Virus record (IMG/VR): IMGVR_UViG_2882238243_000002 | Span: 1-64,000 of that record | Source: a virus | Lineage: Duplodnaviria > Caudoviricetes | Reading direction: 5' to 3' (one strand) | Length of the DNA: 64,000 nt | In this document: positions 8,775-19,723 of the stretch, one piece after another | Position numbering within the stretch: the stretch's first letter is position 1 | Layout: the number at the start of each line of letters is the position of its first letter | The notes under the pieces: generated by a model | Seen by the model: the letters and a program-made list of their open reading frames with translations, nothing else | Database searches by the model: none | Told to the model about the DNA's origin: nothing | Position numbers and translations under genes: made by a program

Positions 8775-11700
8775 TGTGAGGAATTTTTTCTCATTTTAAC
8801 TTGTACTAAATCTTGACATAGGACCAAATTATATTGATAAATTATTGAATTGTTTACTAATGACAGCGCGGAATTATCATATGTTGATATGTTTGTTTTA
8901 ATCTTTTCAGTAGAAGATTCATATAACTTAGTACATGCCATATTACCAGTGCAACCTATATCACCTCCTTCTACATATATAGCATTATCTAGATAATCTC
9001 CGGGAGCTTCATTTCTACCAATAAGTAATTTGCCCCCATTTGTTATTTTTGTATATTTTGAGCCTTGTGTAGTTCCAAAAACAGCTTCGGTATGACATTG
9101 TATTTTATCTGAATCTAGCTTACCACCATTGAGATATACATCTCTAGCATTATCAACAAAAATCTCGCCATTCGTATAAATTTTACCACTACTTCCACAC
9201 TCAAATAAGTGCTTGCAATTGGCTTGTCTATTGCCTTTGTTATCAATTACTTCCTTGCCATTTACAGCGCACACATAATAATCCTTCGAACTATTTGTGA
9301 TTGAGAAGGTTGCTGCCTTTTTAACTTCAATATAAGCATCTTTGTCTTCATTTGGAGAAAAGTTAATTGTTGCGTAGTTTGTTCCTCCTTTTGAAAAATT
9401 TATAAAACCATCTTTGATAGTTACAATATTTCCTGTACTTGTACTTGTACAAGTCAATGTACCATATATATCTGCGTCAGTGCATGTTACCTTACCGGCA
9501 CTATCAACATAAAATTTACTGCCAACAGATAATCCAAGATTACCGTAATACATACTACCTGTCTTTTTGTAGTAAGGAGTGGCACTATTATCGTCATTTG
9601 CATTATAACCTGCCCGATAAATAGCGGCATTTGTTATATGCCAATCACCAAAACTAGATCCGCTTTCGGCAGTAAGAGTGCCTTTTATTGTAGCCTTATT
9701 TGCAACTAATTCCCCATCGTTATTTACAGAGAAAGTAATTCCTTTTGCAGTATTATAAATAGCGATACTTCCACCAACAATAGAATTACCAACAATTTCA
9801 GAACCACCAATATATCCCGCAATGACAGCTTCTGCTAAGAGTCCATATTTAGTTTGAGTTGTTCCAGAGATGTCTTTGTAGCTAAATTTACCTAATGCAG
9901 ATTTGGCTGTCTTAAAGTTATCATCAGAATAAAGAAATACATTGCCAGTTATCCAACCTTCTTCACCTGAATATGTAATATTACCCGAACCATCAGTAGA
10001 TTGAATTTTGCGTAAGTGAATGCCCGATCCATCCATTGTAACTTCATTCATATTACCTGTTGATTTTACTTGTGTTACCGCTGCATCCAAGCCTTCCTGA
10101 ATAATAGAAGAGAAGTCTTGAATTATATTCTTATTCTCATCTACAAAAGCCTTGTATTCGCTTATTGCATTTCCGGCAGTTACCGCATTAGCAAGTAATT
10201 CTGCATGTATATCTACCTCGGATCTCAGGCTAAGTAAATCTCCAAACTCACAACTAAAGTCTGTCAGATCGTCAAAGTTGAAAGTATAACCTAAAATTCT
10301 AACCTTTTTTACATAGTCTTTTCGAATTTCAACATTAATATAGTTGCCTAATTCAAACTTATCAGTAATTTTCTTAAAAGCTGGAATTGCAAAAATATTC
10401 TTCATTTCCATACTAAAAGATAATTGAGGAGAGGATATCTTTACTAGATTCTTGTAGGCTGCTTCATACAACTCTTGTTTTATTTCAACTCTCGTTTCAG
10501 CACTATCTGAGTCGTATACAGCGTAATTAGAGTCATCATACTCGTTCTCATGAATAAAACTCTCCAACTTTTGTTTCTGTTTTGTGGTTAGAAAATTGCT
10601 GATACTGGCACGCTGTACACAGGCGGTAACTTTAACTTGCGTTTCACTTATATATGTATCAATCGTAGTAAGTCGCTTATTCAGATTGACAATTGCATTT
10701 TTAACACCTAACTTCTTGCCAAGTGTCAGCATATACCCAGCATAAGTGGTTGGGTTTGTACTTTCGTGAGCTTTGTTTTCTAGTTGAACCGCAAGTACAT
10801 TTTCAAGAGAAGTCAATTCTGTATTAAGTTGGTACATTCCAAAATTGTCATAGTAAGTTGTTGTACTATTTGAACCCTCGGTTTCAGCATAATTATACCA
10901 AAACTGGGCAACATCTTTACCTTCTTTCATTTCCGTTTCGGCATCAGTTAAAGTATATATACGATTATACAAAGTTGATTTTAATGAACGATAATATACC
11001 AATCCTAATTCGCCGCTAGTATCGCCATTTAATTTTGTCTTTTCTATAGTTATAGAATTTTGAAGTGCCACTTTTGTAACAGTAGCAGTAGTGATACACT
11101 GATTTACCGCACGTAATTTTCCAACACACACTTTATAATCTTCATATTCTGTACCAGCTTCTTGTTCATAAATTTGAATTAAATCCTCTAATCGCTCTTT
11201 TTCAACTAATAATTGATTGTATCCAAAATTATCATAATACATTGCTGGGTGAGAAGAAGTCGGGTAGTTGATCCAAAAGCTGTTATCATATAGTCCATAT
11301 TCATCTGAAGCAACGGTACATATTTTATTTATCAACGTGTCAAGTTGAGTGGTGTAAGTTACTAAGTCGCTTACACCACCAACAGTAAGATTTTGATAAA
11401 TTACTTTTTCAATAGCAAAATTATCGAGATAATTCTTATATGCCACAACTAAATCTGCACCCATCCATTCATCAGTGTGGTAAAAGGATAAGTCAACTAT
11501 ATTTGATTGTCCGAGATTTAACTCTCTAATGTTAAGATTTTCGCCATCACTTCCTTTATCTTCTCCACCATTTACCTTTAAAGAAGTGATAATGTCATCA
11601 CACTTATAATCTACATTTATCTCTTTGATTAAATTTTGAAATGACACATAAATACTTGTATTTTCGCCTATGTTATCTTCCTCGTAGATATTAATTGTAT

Positions 11701-12304
11701 TATTGTAAGTATTAAATAGAAATACACAACCAAGAGAGTCGGATACGTTCTGTTTGAGAAAACTGTATACATCCTGATAATCTATACTGAAAGAGTGTTT
11801 TTTTGTTGTTAGTCCAATGTCAATATGCCCGATTGACCAAGCCGACATTTTTTCTAGACAAATATGCAAAAGACTTAATGATGTATTGTTCGTATTATAG
11901 AATTGCACATCATCGATACTATTATCTTCACCGGTATTAATATCAAAATCATCCAAGTATACCCTTGTAAACCTATATTCAAGGCTAAATGCAAGTATTT
12001 CTTTATATTCTTTACTGTCGCCTTCTTTGACAATTTTTGGTTCTTGAATTTCAAAATAACCTAATTCCTCTACATAAATCACACGCAAGGCTTCAATTTT
12101 GTCATAGTACGGACAAGTTATTCTATTACCGTTAATATCATAATAAGAACGCGGTACATTGAACGATAACTCATTTATATCGTTAAATTTTGCGGTAAAA
12201 TTTAACTCATTTACCTTTAATGCTCCAATTAAAGATTTATCTACTTCACATAGATAGACATTTGGATATTCGACTACATCAAATGGATTAAAACGAAATG
12301 ACAT
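8771..12304 (-). CDS. Large tail-tip/tail spike protein (Tal-like), truncated by IS3
   Basis: Follows Dit; prophage-tail-like N-terminus; SSTEKIKTNI start of the chaperone domain; last ~17 aa come from the IS. Confidence 0.82.
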   Translation of the reverse strand: MSFRFNPFDVVEYPNVYLCEVDKSLIGALKVNELNFTAKFNDINELSFNVPRSYYDINGNRITCPYYDKIEALRVIYVEELGYFEIQEPKIVKEGDSKEYKEILAFSLEYRFTRVYLDDFDINTGEDNSIDDVQFYNTNNTSLSLLHICLEKMSAWSIGHIDIGLTTKKHSFSIDYQDVYSFLKQNVSDSLGCVFLFNTYNNTINIYEEDNIGENTSIYVSFQNLIKEINVDYKCDDIITSLKVNGGEDKGSDGENLNIRELNLGQSNIVDLSFYHTDEWMGADLVVAYKNYLDNFAIEKVIYQNLTVGGVSDLVTYTTQLDTLINKICTVASDEYGLYDNSFWINYPTSSHPAMYYDNFGYNQLLVEKERLEDLIQIYEQEAGTEYEDYKVCVGKLRAVNQCITTATVTKVALQNSITIEKTKLNGDTSGELGLVYYRSLKSTLYNRIYTLTDAETEMKEGKDVAQFWYNYAETEGSNSTTTYYDNFGMYQLNTELTSLENVLAVQLENKAHESTNPTTYAGYMLTLGKKLGVKNAIVNLNKRLTTIDTYISETQVKVTACVQRASISNFLTTKQKQKLESFIHENEYDDSNYAVYDSDSAETRVEIKQELYEAAYKNLVKISSPQLSFSMEMKNIFAIPAFKKITDKFELGNYINVEIRKDYVKKVRILGYTFNFDDLTDFSCEFGDLLSLRSEVDIHAELLANAVTAGNAISEYKAFVDENKNIIQDFSSIIQEGLDAAVTQVKSTGNMNEVTMDGSGIHLRKIQSTDGSGNITYSGEEGWITGNVFLYSDDNFKTAKSALGKFSYKDISGTTQTKYGLLAEAVIAGYIGGSEIVGNSIVGGSIAIYNTAKGITFSVNNDGELVANKATIKGTLTAESGSSFGDWHITNAAIYRAGYNANDDNSATPYYKKTGSMYYGNLGLSVGSKFYVDSAGKVTCTDADIYGTLTCTSTSTGNIVTIKDGFINFSKGGTNYATINFSPNEDKDAYIEVKKAATFSITNSSKDYYVCAVNGKEVIDNKGNRQANCKHLFECGSSGKIYTNGEIFVDNARDVYLNGGKLDSDKIQCHTEAVFGTTQGSKYTKITNGGKLLIGRNEAPGDYLDNAIYVEGGDIGCTGNMACTKLYESSTEKIKTNISTYDNSALSLVNNSIIYQYNLVLCQDLVQVKMRKNSSH

Positions 12305-13116
12305 TAAAAATCACCTATCTTTCTTATAAATCTATATTTAAACTCAATTGTACCAGTACCGCTGATTTCAAGATTATTTATTCCAGATTTCATTTCAACC
12401 CACTTAAGATTAAACATATCTTGAATTGGACGATATGTGCTGGTGTCATCTGTAATAATTTGATTAAAATTGTCTATTACAATAGTTTCAGCATTAACTA
12501 ATCCAGTTAATTGTGTAACTCTATTTGTAGACATATTTTTAATTGTAAAAATTGAGCTTGTGTTTGAAACTAAAGCGGGAGTAGCAATAGTAACAATAGG
12601 ACATAAATATCCCTCATAATCAGAGTCGTTGTAAAATTCCATTTTAAATGGAATATCCAATGTGTGATTAATCTTATACCTTTCAGTTTTCTCACTAGAA
12701 AATGAGAATGGTGAAGTGCAAGTCCATGCTAATTCCAATCCGGCAACCTGACTACCTATTTTCTTTTTTGTGATATTTGTACATCTACAATGAAAGTTAA
12801 TATCCTCAATTTCTTTGTCAAATACCTCTAACCACTGAGGCTTATTAAGACCTAATAACCATTGAGATATTTCTCTAATCTGTGACCTTGTAAAATATGA
12901 ATTATTTTTATGAACAACCTGAATTTTAAATTCTAGAACTCCACTGTATTTTATACCATAATCAGTTAAAAAAGGAGAGTGTCCTTCATCAGAAATGACC
13001 TCAATTTCTAACCCTGTATCGGCATCATAAAGTCCCGAATCATCAAATGAGGCAATACATAATCCAAAATCTCTCGAATCATATCCATTATAATTAAAAG
13101 AACTTCCGTAAACCAT
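12304..13116 (-). CDS. Distal tail protein (Dit)
   Basis: FNYNGYDSRDFGL...CTSPFSFS...GINNLEISG; downstream of the tape measure gene; AGGAGG RBS. Confidence 0.85.
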   Translation of the reverse strand: MVYGSSFNYNGYDSRDFGLCIASFDDSGLYDADTGLEIEVISDEGHSPFLTDYGIKYSGVLEFKIQVVHKNNSYFTRSQIREISQWLLGLNKPQWLEVFDKEIEDINFHCRCTNITKKKIGSQVAGLELAWTCTSPFSFSSEKTERYKINHTLDIPFKMEFYNDSDYEGYLCPIVTIATPALVSNTSSIFTIKNMSTNRVTQLTGLVNAETIVIDNFNQIITDDTSTYRPIQDMFNLKWVEMKSGINNLEISGTGTIEFKYRFIRKIGDF

Positions 13117-13207
13117 ATTAATCCTCCTTTCATCATAGTTTCGCTTATTTATATCATAAAAATCCACCCAACCTAGATGGACTGAATTACCGTTTTTTGC
13201 ATCAAAA

Positions 13208-13238
13208 ATAGCACCTATTTTTAATCAGTAGGTGCTTA
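13208..13238. terminator. Hairpin AGCACCTA/TAGGTGCT closing the GNAT module
   Basis: Inverted repeat with A/T tract. Confidence 0.65.
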
Positions 13239-13260
13239 GTATTGTATTTGCTATATTAAA

Positions 13261-13788
13261 TTATCTTAGTTTCATATACATTGGAACACAATTTTCATTA
13301 AAATGTTCCCTTGGAATTTCTTCAAAACAATTATTTATACAATCGAATTTTAACTTTTTATAAAATCCTTCTGCTTTGGGATCTGCACACAAAACAATAT
13401 ATTTTACACTTGAAACTTCGTTTAGCTCGTTTGCTGTATTTATTGCACTCATAACCATTATTGTACCAATTTTATTATTGACATATTCTTTGTGAACGGC
13501 AAGTTCTGATATTTCTAAAGCAGGATAACCATGTTTTTTGCAACCGTCTACGTCTTTGATTAAAGAAGACATTCTTAATGTTATGTATCCTATAATTTTT
13601 TCATTATTAGAATCATCTGCTTCTATAAATAGATATGTAACTCCGTGTCCGTTATTTAAATCTAAAAGAGCATTATATTTTAAATAGTCTTCATAGTGTT
13701 GTGGGTTATCACACATGTCCTCAGAAACTTTAAATGCCCACGCTAGTTCTATATTTTTTGTGTTGATTTTCGTTTGATAGCGTTCCAT
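13261..13788 (-). CDS. GNAT acetyltransferase (TacT/AtaT-like toxin candidate)
   Basis: PALEISELAVHKEY..KIGT and AEGFYKKLKF motifs; ATG overlaps the upstream TAA. Confidence 0.8.
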   Translation of the reverse strand: MERYQTKINTKNIELAWAFKVSEDMCDNPQHYEDYLKYNALLDLNNGHGVTYLFIEADDSNNEKIIGYITLRMSSLIKDVDGCKKHGYPALEISELAVHKEYVNNKIGTIMVMSAINTANELNEVSSVKYIVLCADPKAEGFYKKLKFDCINNCFEEIPREHFNENCVPMYMKLR

Positions 13789-14000
13789 TACCTTTTTGGA
13801 TATTTTGCCGCAACTTTTTTGCAAGCTTCTAAAAATTCCTTAGATACTACCTTTTCTTCACATTTGTTATCTGTTTTTACTTTTACTTCATATACATAAT
13901 TTCTTGCTACTGCTGACATAATATCATCCCCTTTATTCTTCTTCGGTTCACTTTGTTCATTTTCGTTTACTTTTTTATTATCCATGATTTGTTCCTCCAA
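13788..14000 (-). CDS. Small protein coupled to the GNAT gene (antitoxin candidate; alternative start 13919)
   Basis: TAATG overlap with the GNAT gene; AAAGGGG RBS before 13919. Confidence 0.6.
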   Translation of the reverse strand: MEEQIMDNKKVNENEQSEPKKNKGDDIMSAVARNYVYEVKVKTDNKCEEKVVSKEFLEACKKVAAKYPKR

Positions 14001-14275
14001 TAATCATTTATATTAATAAGGTTAATAATTTATGACTATTATTGGACATTTAGATATTTTTTATGTGGGATTTTCTTTGTAATTACATCTTAGCACCAAA
14101 ACACTCTTATATCAAGTGTTTTTTGTTATGTAATACTTTGCATAGCTATGTTTACTTTGAGTGTTATTAATTTGGTTATGAAACTAATTTACTCAACGTA
14201 ACAAAAATAATAAAACATAAGATGCCTAGCACTTAAATCTACTTAGCGTTTTAGAACATTAATAATATTTTGATA

Positions 14276-14303
14276 ATAGCACCTCTAAGTAGGAGGTGCT
14301 ATT
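14276..14303. terminator. Hairpin after the tape measure gene
   Basis: ATAGCACCTC-taagtag-GAGGTGCTAT. Confidence 0.7.
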
Positions 14304-14306
14304 TAA

Positions 14307-17300
14307 TCAGGAACCACTCTTTTTTAAAGAATAGTTCAAAGTCTTGAATGTTTTATTAATCTGAGCTGTGACGACCGACTTTATTTCATTTAAATTAGAG
14401 TCGCTTACACTTCCTTCAATATTGACCAAATTTCCAATCTGTACAGTTTTACTTGAGGAATTTGTTGTTACATTTGGAGCAGAAGATAGAATATTACTGG
14501 ACAACGTATTACCAAATAAAGAACTAGGACTAATATCCCAATCTGCCAATCTAAAAAGATTATCAGTTTGTTTTTTAGTGAGGACTTGGTCTCCCTCCTC
14601 CATTATTCTCCATTTTCCGGACTGTGCCTTACCCAGAATTAATTCTGCGCCTTCTTCATCGACATTAGCTAGTCCAGCTTTTGCACTTCGAGTTCCGTTT
14701 TTATAAGCTGATACAGAAACGGTTTTCCCTTTTGTTTTGGCATAACTTGTAGCAATTTTCTGTGCATATGCTTCAGCTTCGGCTTTAGAGGAGAACTGTT
14801 TAATTACAGTCCCACTGCTGTCAACAACTTGGTATCCATTTACTTTGCTCGAACTTCCACCACTTGAAGAACTACCAGAGCCACTAGAACTAGAAGAACT
14901 ACCGCTTGATGCATCAGGGATGTCAGCAGTACCAACACTCTGACTATTTAAAGCATTTAAAATACTTGTAGCTGCCTTATCAGCAGATGCGGCGATATCA
15001 TCAATCGCATCTTTTACATTATTTAGTTCGCCTACAAATGCGCTTGAAGCACTCGAAAGAGTTTCACCATAACTAGCAATAGCACTCTCTCCTTGTGTCC
15101 AAGGGTTCATAATTGCATCAGATACAGTGAGATTATATTCGCTTGCTAATCCGTTCAATGTCGAATATACAGTTTCATAGTTTGCTTGAACTAAAGCCAA
15201 AGAAGTAGAAATTAATAATTCTTCATTTTTTAGACTTGCTTCCAATGTGTCAATTTCGGACTGCTTTGTTTCTTTGTATTTCTTTAATTCAGCATCTAAC
15301 GCATCAACTGCCGCATCATAAGCATTATCATGATAGGTATCATCTAAGTCTGATTGAGCATCAGCCAACTCTGCTTCAAGTTTTCTACGTTTTGCCACTC
15401 CAGAAACACTAGTATCTCCAGACAAAGCATCAATTTTACTTTGTATCGTATCAACGTTATCTTGTTGTTCATTTAGCTTTTTCTGTAATTGATATTCTTC
15501 TTCAGCAACTTCTAATGCTTCTTTTCTCTTTTCGATTAACTCTTCATAAGCATCTATTTCATCTTCAATTATAGATTTGGCAGCTTCCACACGTTCTTTA
15601 TTTAATTCGATTATTGCCTGACGTTCTTCTTCAGCAGCATTTACCGCTTCAAGTTGGGCAGCCTTTAATTCATTGAGCTTCTCCATATATTCCGTTGTGG
15701 AATATTTACCCTTGCGATAATCCTTTTCTAAATCGTCGATAGCTTTTGCATATTGTTGTGCCTTGTAGGTACTTGTTTCATACTGTTGAGCCAAAAGTGC
15801 AAGAGAAGTAATACCTGCGTCAGACCAACTTCCGTCCTCATTAGTCATGGACTTATTGTCGAGCAAATCCATTAGTCCGTCAATTTCATTTGATATATTG
15901 TCAATCTGATCCGTCAACAATTCGAACTTTTCCCATTTGAGATCATTAATTGCATTTTGAAATTCTTCAATCTCAATGGTACACTGCATGATTTCGTCTT
16001 TGGTGTCTTCGATACCCTGAGTTAATTTATACCAATTTTCATCATACTTATTAATTGTACCATTAGCTAATCCGTCATCTAATAACTTTTGATACTCGGA
16101 GATTTTCTTATTTAAAAGAGACATCTCTTTATTTGATTCAGATATTAACTCTTTATACAACTTAGACGATACTAAATTGCCTTTTGTTTCTTCAAGTTTA
16201 AGAGCATTTTGAATTTTCTCTAAACGGTCAGTTAGAAGAGTAGACATCTTATCGTAATCAGACTCTAATTTAGAAATTGCATCAGCCAGTTCTTCAACGG
16301 CCGTCTTAGCTTCTTTAGCTGCCTTTTCTGCATCCTTTAAGTTATCAGCCAATGCATCTGCCGTTTTTGCGCCACCTGAATAGTCAATAGAAGGAGCCGA
16401 ATTTGATAATGAAGTCGTTGATTTTAATGCACTATCTAAAGCGGCTTGTGCCTCTGATAAAGCATTTTTCTTCATTATCTCCATATCTGCTTGGCTTGTT
16501 CCGCCCATTCCAATCTGACCGGATTTAGCAGCATTATAAATGCCAATAGCGGTAGTAGCTCCACCGAGTGCTGCAACAAGAGCTTGCAGATTTTGAATGT
16601 CAGAGGCCGTGCCTAAGACATTTTCACTAGCTAATTCTTTTTGTAATGCATAAATATAAAGAGCTTTAGCTGTTTCACCCGTAATCTTTTCTTCATTTAT
16701 TAATGCCTGAACCTCTTGATATGTAATATTCGCAAGGTCAATGCCACGCTGAGCGGCAATAGCTTTAAGTTGAGCATATTGGTCGATTGTTAATCCTAAT
16801 TGTGAATAGACATATTCCTCTGCATTGACAACACCCATTTCTTGTAGTGCCTGAACTACAAAGTCAGCTGTAGCTAAGGTCAAGTTATCCATTGCGCCAC
16901 TGTTATTGATGTATTCTGTAGTTAAATCACTAAATGCTTGTTGTACTTCTTCAGCAGTAGAAGCAGTATTGGATATAACAGAGGCAAAATTTTCAAATCC
17001 ATCTAGTTCACCAAAAACTTCGTTGAGAGAAGTTAAATCAGAGAAATCTATTTTGTCATCGTTTGATATGATTTTTGCACGGGCTTCATCTAGCTTTGTC
17101 ATTCCATCTGAAATTTTAGACAGCGAATCGATTGCATCAGAAGTATTTAAATCTCCAATACGGTTTGATGTTTCTAAAATTTGATCTGCAATAGCGGTTA
17201 TACTGTCAGTTAATTCAGTAGGAGCAGAAGTACCTAAAGTTTGTAATAATGCCTTTAATTCGTTGCTTATGAGTTGTTTTATTGCACCTTGTAGATTATC

Positions 17301-19130
17301 AGTTTCACCGGAAAGTGTTGGAAATTCTTGAATTAAATCTACCAAGTCTGAGTCTGAAAAATCACCAGATTTCAAACTTTCTAAAGTCGTAGAAAGTGAA
17401 GATACTTTTGACTGAAAATTATCTATTGCGGTTGACTGGTCATCGGTGAGAGAGAATGAAATTGGGTTTTCATTTGACGATGTGTTTTTTACACTTTCAT
17501 ACATATTTACAGCTTGTGCAGCACTTTCTGCACCATCTGTTACATCATTCCAATAATCGACCTCTTCACGAGTATTTATTGAATTTTCTTTAAAATAAAC
17601 ATCTAAATCTACAGTACTCGTGTTATCTTTGAACTTATTAATAGCACTTTTATAGTCAGCTACTAAAGTGTCAGTATCTTCAAAGCCTAAAGCGATTTTT
17701 AATTGGAGCTTTCCTTCTTCACCAAGATTAAGAGCATTTGCAATTTCTGTTAAAATAACATCAATTTTTTGCTGAATTTCTTCTGGTGATAACGTAGTTG
17801 CATCAAGATCTAAATTAAATAACTCATTAAACGCATCATTAACTCCATCTTTGTTGTCTTTCAGCGAAGAGATAAGGCTATTTACAAAGTTTTGCATACC
17901 TTCTTCTGTATCTAAATTATTAGTATCAACAAAAGCTGGAGTAATTCCATTTAACAATGTTTGAAAGTATGTTTGTAGTTCTGAATCTAATCCCCAGTAA
18001 TTGTCAGACATTTTTCCGTATGTGATAGCAGTAGAAGCAATTTGAGCCATCTGTGTGTCTATATCAGTCTGTAACCCCTGTAAGTCTGTTTTAATATTTT
18101 GACGAACAGTTTCAATTTCTTGGTCTGTGCTATCTTTATCTAGTCCATATTGCCTTAATATATTGCCTAATATAGAATTATTTTCTTCAACACTTCCTTC
18201 AGAATAATGAAGATATCGTTTTGTAGATAATCCTACTAAATCTAAATTACTTAACTTGGATAACTGTTCAAGAAAATCAAGCTGTTGATTTCTGGAAACT
18301 TTTGTATCATAATAATTTGCAAGTAACTTCCAATCATATGATGGCATTGAAGAAGCTGACTTGGAGTTCTTATAATTATCAAATATTGATTCAACGTCAC
18401 CGTCGTTGTATGTTTTTATTGCCTCGTTTTGCTTGTATTTTTCATATTCGGCATTTAAGTCAGCTAAATTTCCTTTGACAGTTAGTATTGCATTTCCTTG
18501 ATCATCATAGCCCTTTACTAAATCAGGTATAATACTGGCAACCTGATTACAAATATCTTGATAGCGAGAATATTCGTCGGTCGTTAATGATACATTTTCT
18601 CCAAGTCTATTTACTCCATCTGAAAGAGCCTTATATTCATCATTAAGTTCAGAAATAGTAGAAGAGTTTGAATTTTGATTTTCTTTTAAATCATTAAAAG
18701 TATTTGTTAGTTCTTCTGCATTTTTCCTTGCTATATTTGCTTGATTTGCAAAGTTATACAGTCCCTCAACAACTTTTGAAACGACGATAGCTATCGCCAT
18801 CCCGGCTATCATATTACCTGCAAGTGCAAGCCCCTTTAATGCCACTGTACTTGCTTTAGTAGCTACAGTTGTTTGTTCAATAGAAGCTCTAAATCCTTTT
18901 TCTGTTAGCTCACCAGCTTTAGCTGTCTTAGCATAATTTACAACTGAACTGTCAACTTCTCCGTAAGTTTCAGATAAAGCCTCTGCACTTAATCCGGTTT
19001 CCATCATTTTTTTTCTGAACGCTGTAAATTGAGGAATTAAATCATCTACATTTTTTTGTACACTCTTTAACGAATTTATCCACGTTTTTATTCCAGTTAC
19101 ACTTTTTGTAGTATCATTATATTTGAATAT
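14307..19130 (-). CDS. Tape measure protein, exon 2
   Basis: Long helical/coiled-coil ORF ending YKNGT..A.VDEEGAELI (typical tape-measure C-terminus), directly upstream of Dit; no SD before the TTG at 19133. Confidence 0.88.
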   Translation of the reverse strand: MFKYNDTTKSVTGIKTWINSLKSVQKNVDDLIPQFTAFRKKMMETGLSAEALSETYGEVDSSVVNYAKTAKAGELTEKGFRASIEQTTVATKASTVALKGLALAGNMIAGMAIAIVVSKVVEGLYNFANQANIARKNAEELTNTFNDLKENQNSNSSTISELNDEYKALSDGVNRLGENVSLTTDEYSRYQDICNQVASIIPDLVKGYDDQGNAILTVKGNLADLNAEYEKYKQNEAIKTYNDGDVESIFDNYKNSKSASSMPSYDWKLLANYYDTKVSRNQQLDFLEQLSKLSNLDLVGLSTKRYLHYSEGSVEENNSILGNILRQYGLDKDSTDQEIETVRQNIKTDLQGLQTDIDTQMAQIASTAITYGKMSDNYWGLDSELQTYFQTLLNGITPAFVDTNNLDTEEGMQNFVNSLISSLKDNKDGVNDAFNELFNLDLDATTLSPEEIQQKIDVILTEIANALNLGEEGKLQLKIALGFEDTDTLVADYKSAINKFKDNTSTVDLDVYFKENSINTREEVDYWNDVTDGAESAAQAVNMYESVKNTSSNENPISFSLTDDQSTAIDNFQSKVSSLSTTLESLKSGDFSDSDLVDLIQEFPTLSGETDNLQGAIKQLISNELKALLQTLGTSAPTELTDSITAIADQILETSNRIGDLNTSDAIDSLSKISDGMTKLDEARAKIISNDDKIDFSDLTSLNEVFGELDGFENFASVISNTASTAEEVQQAFSDLTTEYINNSGAMDNLTLATADFVVQALQEMGVVNAEEYVYSQLGLTIDQYAQLKAIAAQRGIDLANITYQEVQALINEEKITGETAKALYIYALQKELASENVLGTASDIQNLQALVAALGGATTAIGIYNAAKSGQIGMGGTSQADMEIMKKNALSEAQAALDSALKSTTSLSNSAPSIDYSGGAKTADALADNLKDAEKAAKEAKTAVEELADAISKLESDYDKMSTLLTDRLEKIQNALKLEETKGNLVSSKLYKELISESNKEMSLLNKKISEYQKLLDDGLANGTINKYDENWYKLTQGIEDTKDEIMQCTIEIEEFQNAINDLKWEKFELLTDQIDNISNEIDGLMDLLDNKSMTNEDGSWSDAGITSLALLAQQYETSTYKAQQYAKAIDDLEKDYRKGKYSTTEYMEKLNELKAAQLEAVNAAEEERQAIIELNKERVEAAKSIIEDEIDAYEELIEKRKEALEVAEEEYQLQKKLNEQQDNVDTIQSKIDALSGDTSVSGVAKRRKLEAELADAQSDLDDTYHDNAYDAAVDALDAELKKYKETKQSEIDTLEASLKNEELLISTSLALVQANYETVYSTLNGLASEYNLTVSDAIMNPWTQGESAIASYGETLSSASSAFVGELNNVKDAIDDIAASADKAATSILNALNSQSVGTADIPDASSGSSSSSSGSGSSSSGGSSSKVNGYQVVDSSGTVIKQFSSKAEAEAYAQKIATSYAKTKGKTVSVSAYKNGTRSAKAGLANVDEEGAELILGKAQSGKWRIMEEGDQVLTKKQTDNLFRLADWDISPSSLFGNTLSSNILSSAPNVTTNSSSKTVQIGNLVNIEGSVSDSNLNEIKSVVTAQINKTFKTLNYSLKKSGS

Positions 19131-19203
19131 CAAATTTGCTTGGAGGCACTATATAATATTTTTTTATTTTATGATACAATATAAAAAAAGTAGGGGGATT
19201 TTT

Positions 19204-19617
19204 ATGAGCGATATATATTTATGTACTAAATGTGGGTATTTTAAATTCTTTTTCAAAAAACCAGAAAGTTGCAATATTTGTGATGGTGATGTTGTCGAAA
19301 TCACAACTCTAGATGACTACACTTTTGCACACATGACCGACACTGAAAAAGAGCAATTCGCAATCAACTATGTAGGTCACGATTTTGATCCCGTACTTAA
19401 AAATAAACGTATAGATTATGATGCAAATAGGAGAGCAGAGATACGAGAAAATTCTAATAAATTTGAAGCAACACATCCTGAATGTCCTTATTGTCACGGA
19501 AGAGACACTAAGAAAATTACAACAACTGCAAAAGCAATAAATACAGTTGTGTTTGGATTACTAGGAACCAAAAGACATAAACAATTTCATTGTAATAATT
19601 GTAAGAGTGATTTTTAA
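19204..19617 (+). CDS. Double Zn-ribbon hypothetical protein (intron cargo, antisense)
   Basis: CTKC..CNIC and CPYC..CNNC; AGGGGG RBS before ATG 19204. Confidence 0.75.
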   Translation: MSDIYLCTKCGYFKFFFKKPESCNICDGDVVEITTLDDYTFAHMTDTEKEQFAINYVGHDFDPVLKNKRIDYDANRRAEIRENSNKFEATHPECPYCHGRDTKKITTTAKAINTVVFGLLGTKRHKQFHCNNCKSDF

Positions 19618-19723
19618 ATATTTTTATTTATCGGCAATGAAGTAATTTATATTTTCACATTAAAATAAGATAAAAAATGAACTTCAACCGAGAATGAACT
19701 GAGTTATCATATTTTTGCATATA

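Larger units (their letters stand above)
7484..8826 (+). mobile_element. IS3-family insertion sequence (1343 bp) with 3-bp AAT target duplication
   Basis: TG...CA ends; inner IR TAGTACAAGT(C/T)AAAATGAGAAA; AAT at 7481-7483 and 8827-8829. Confidence 0.93.
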
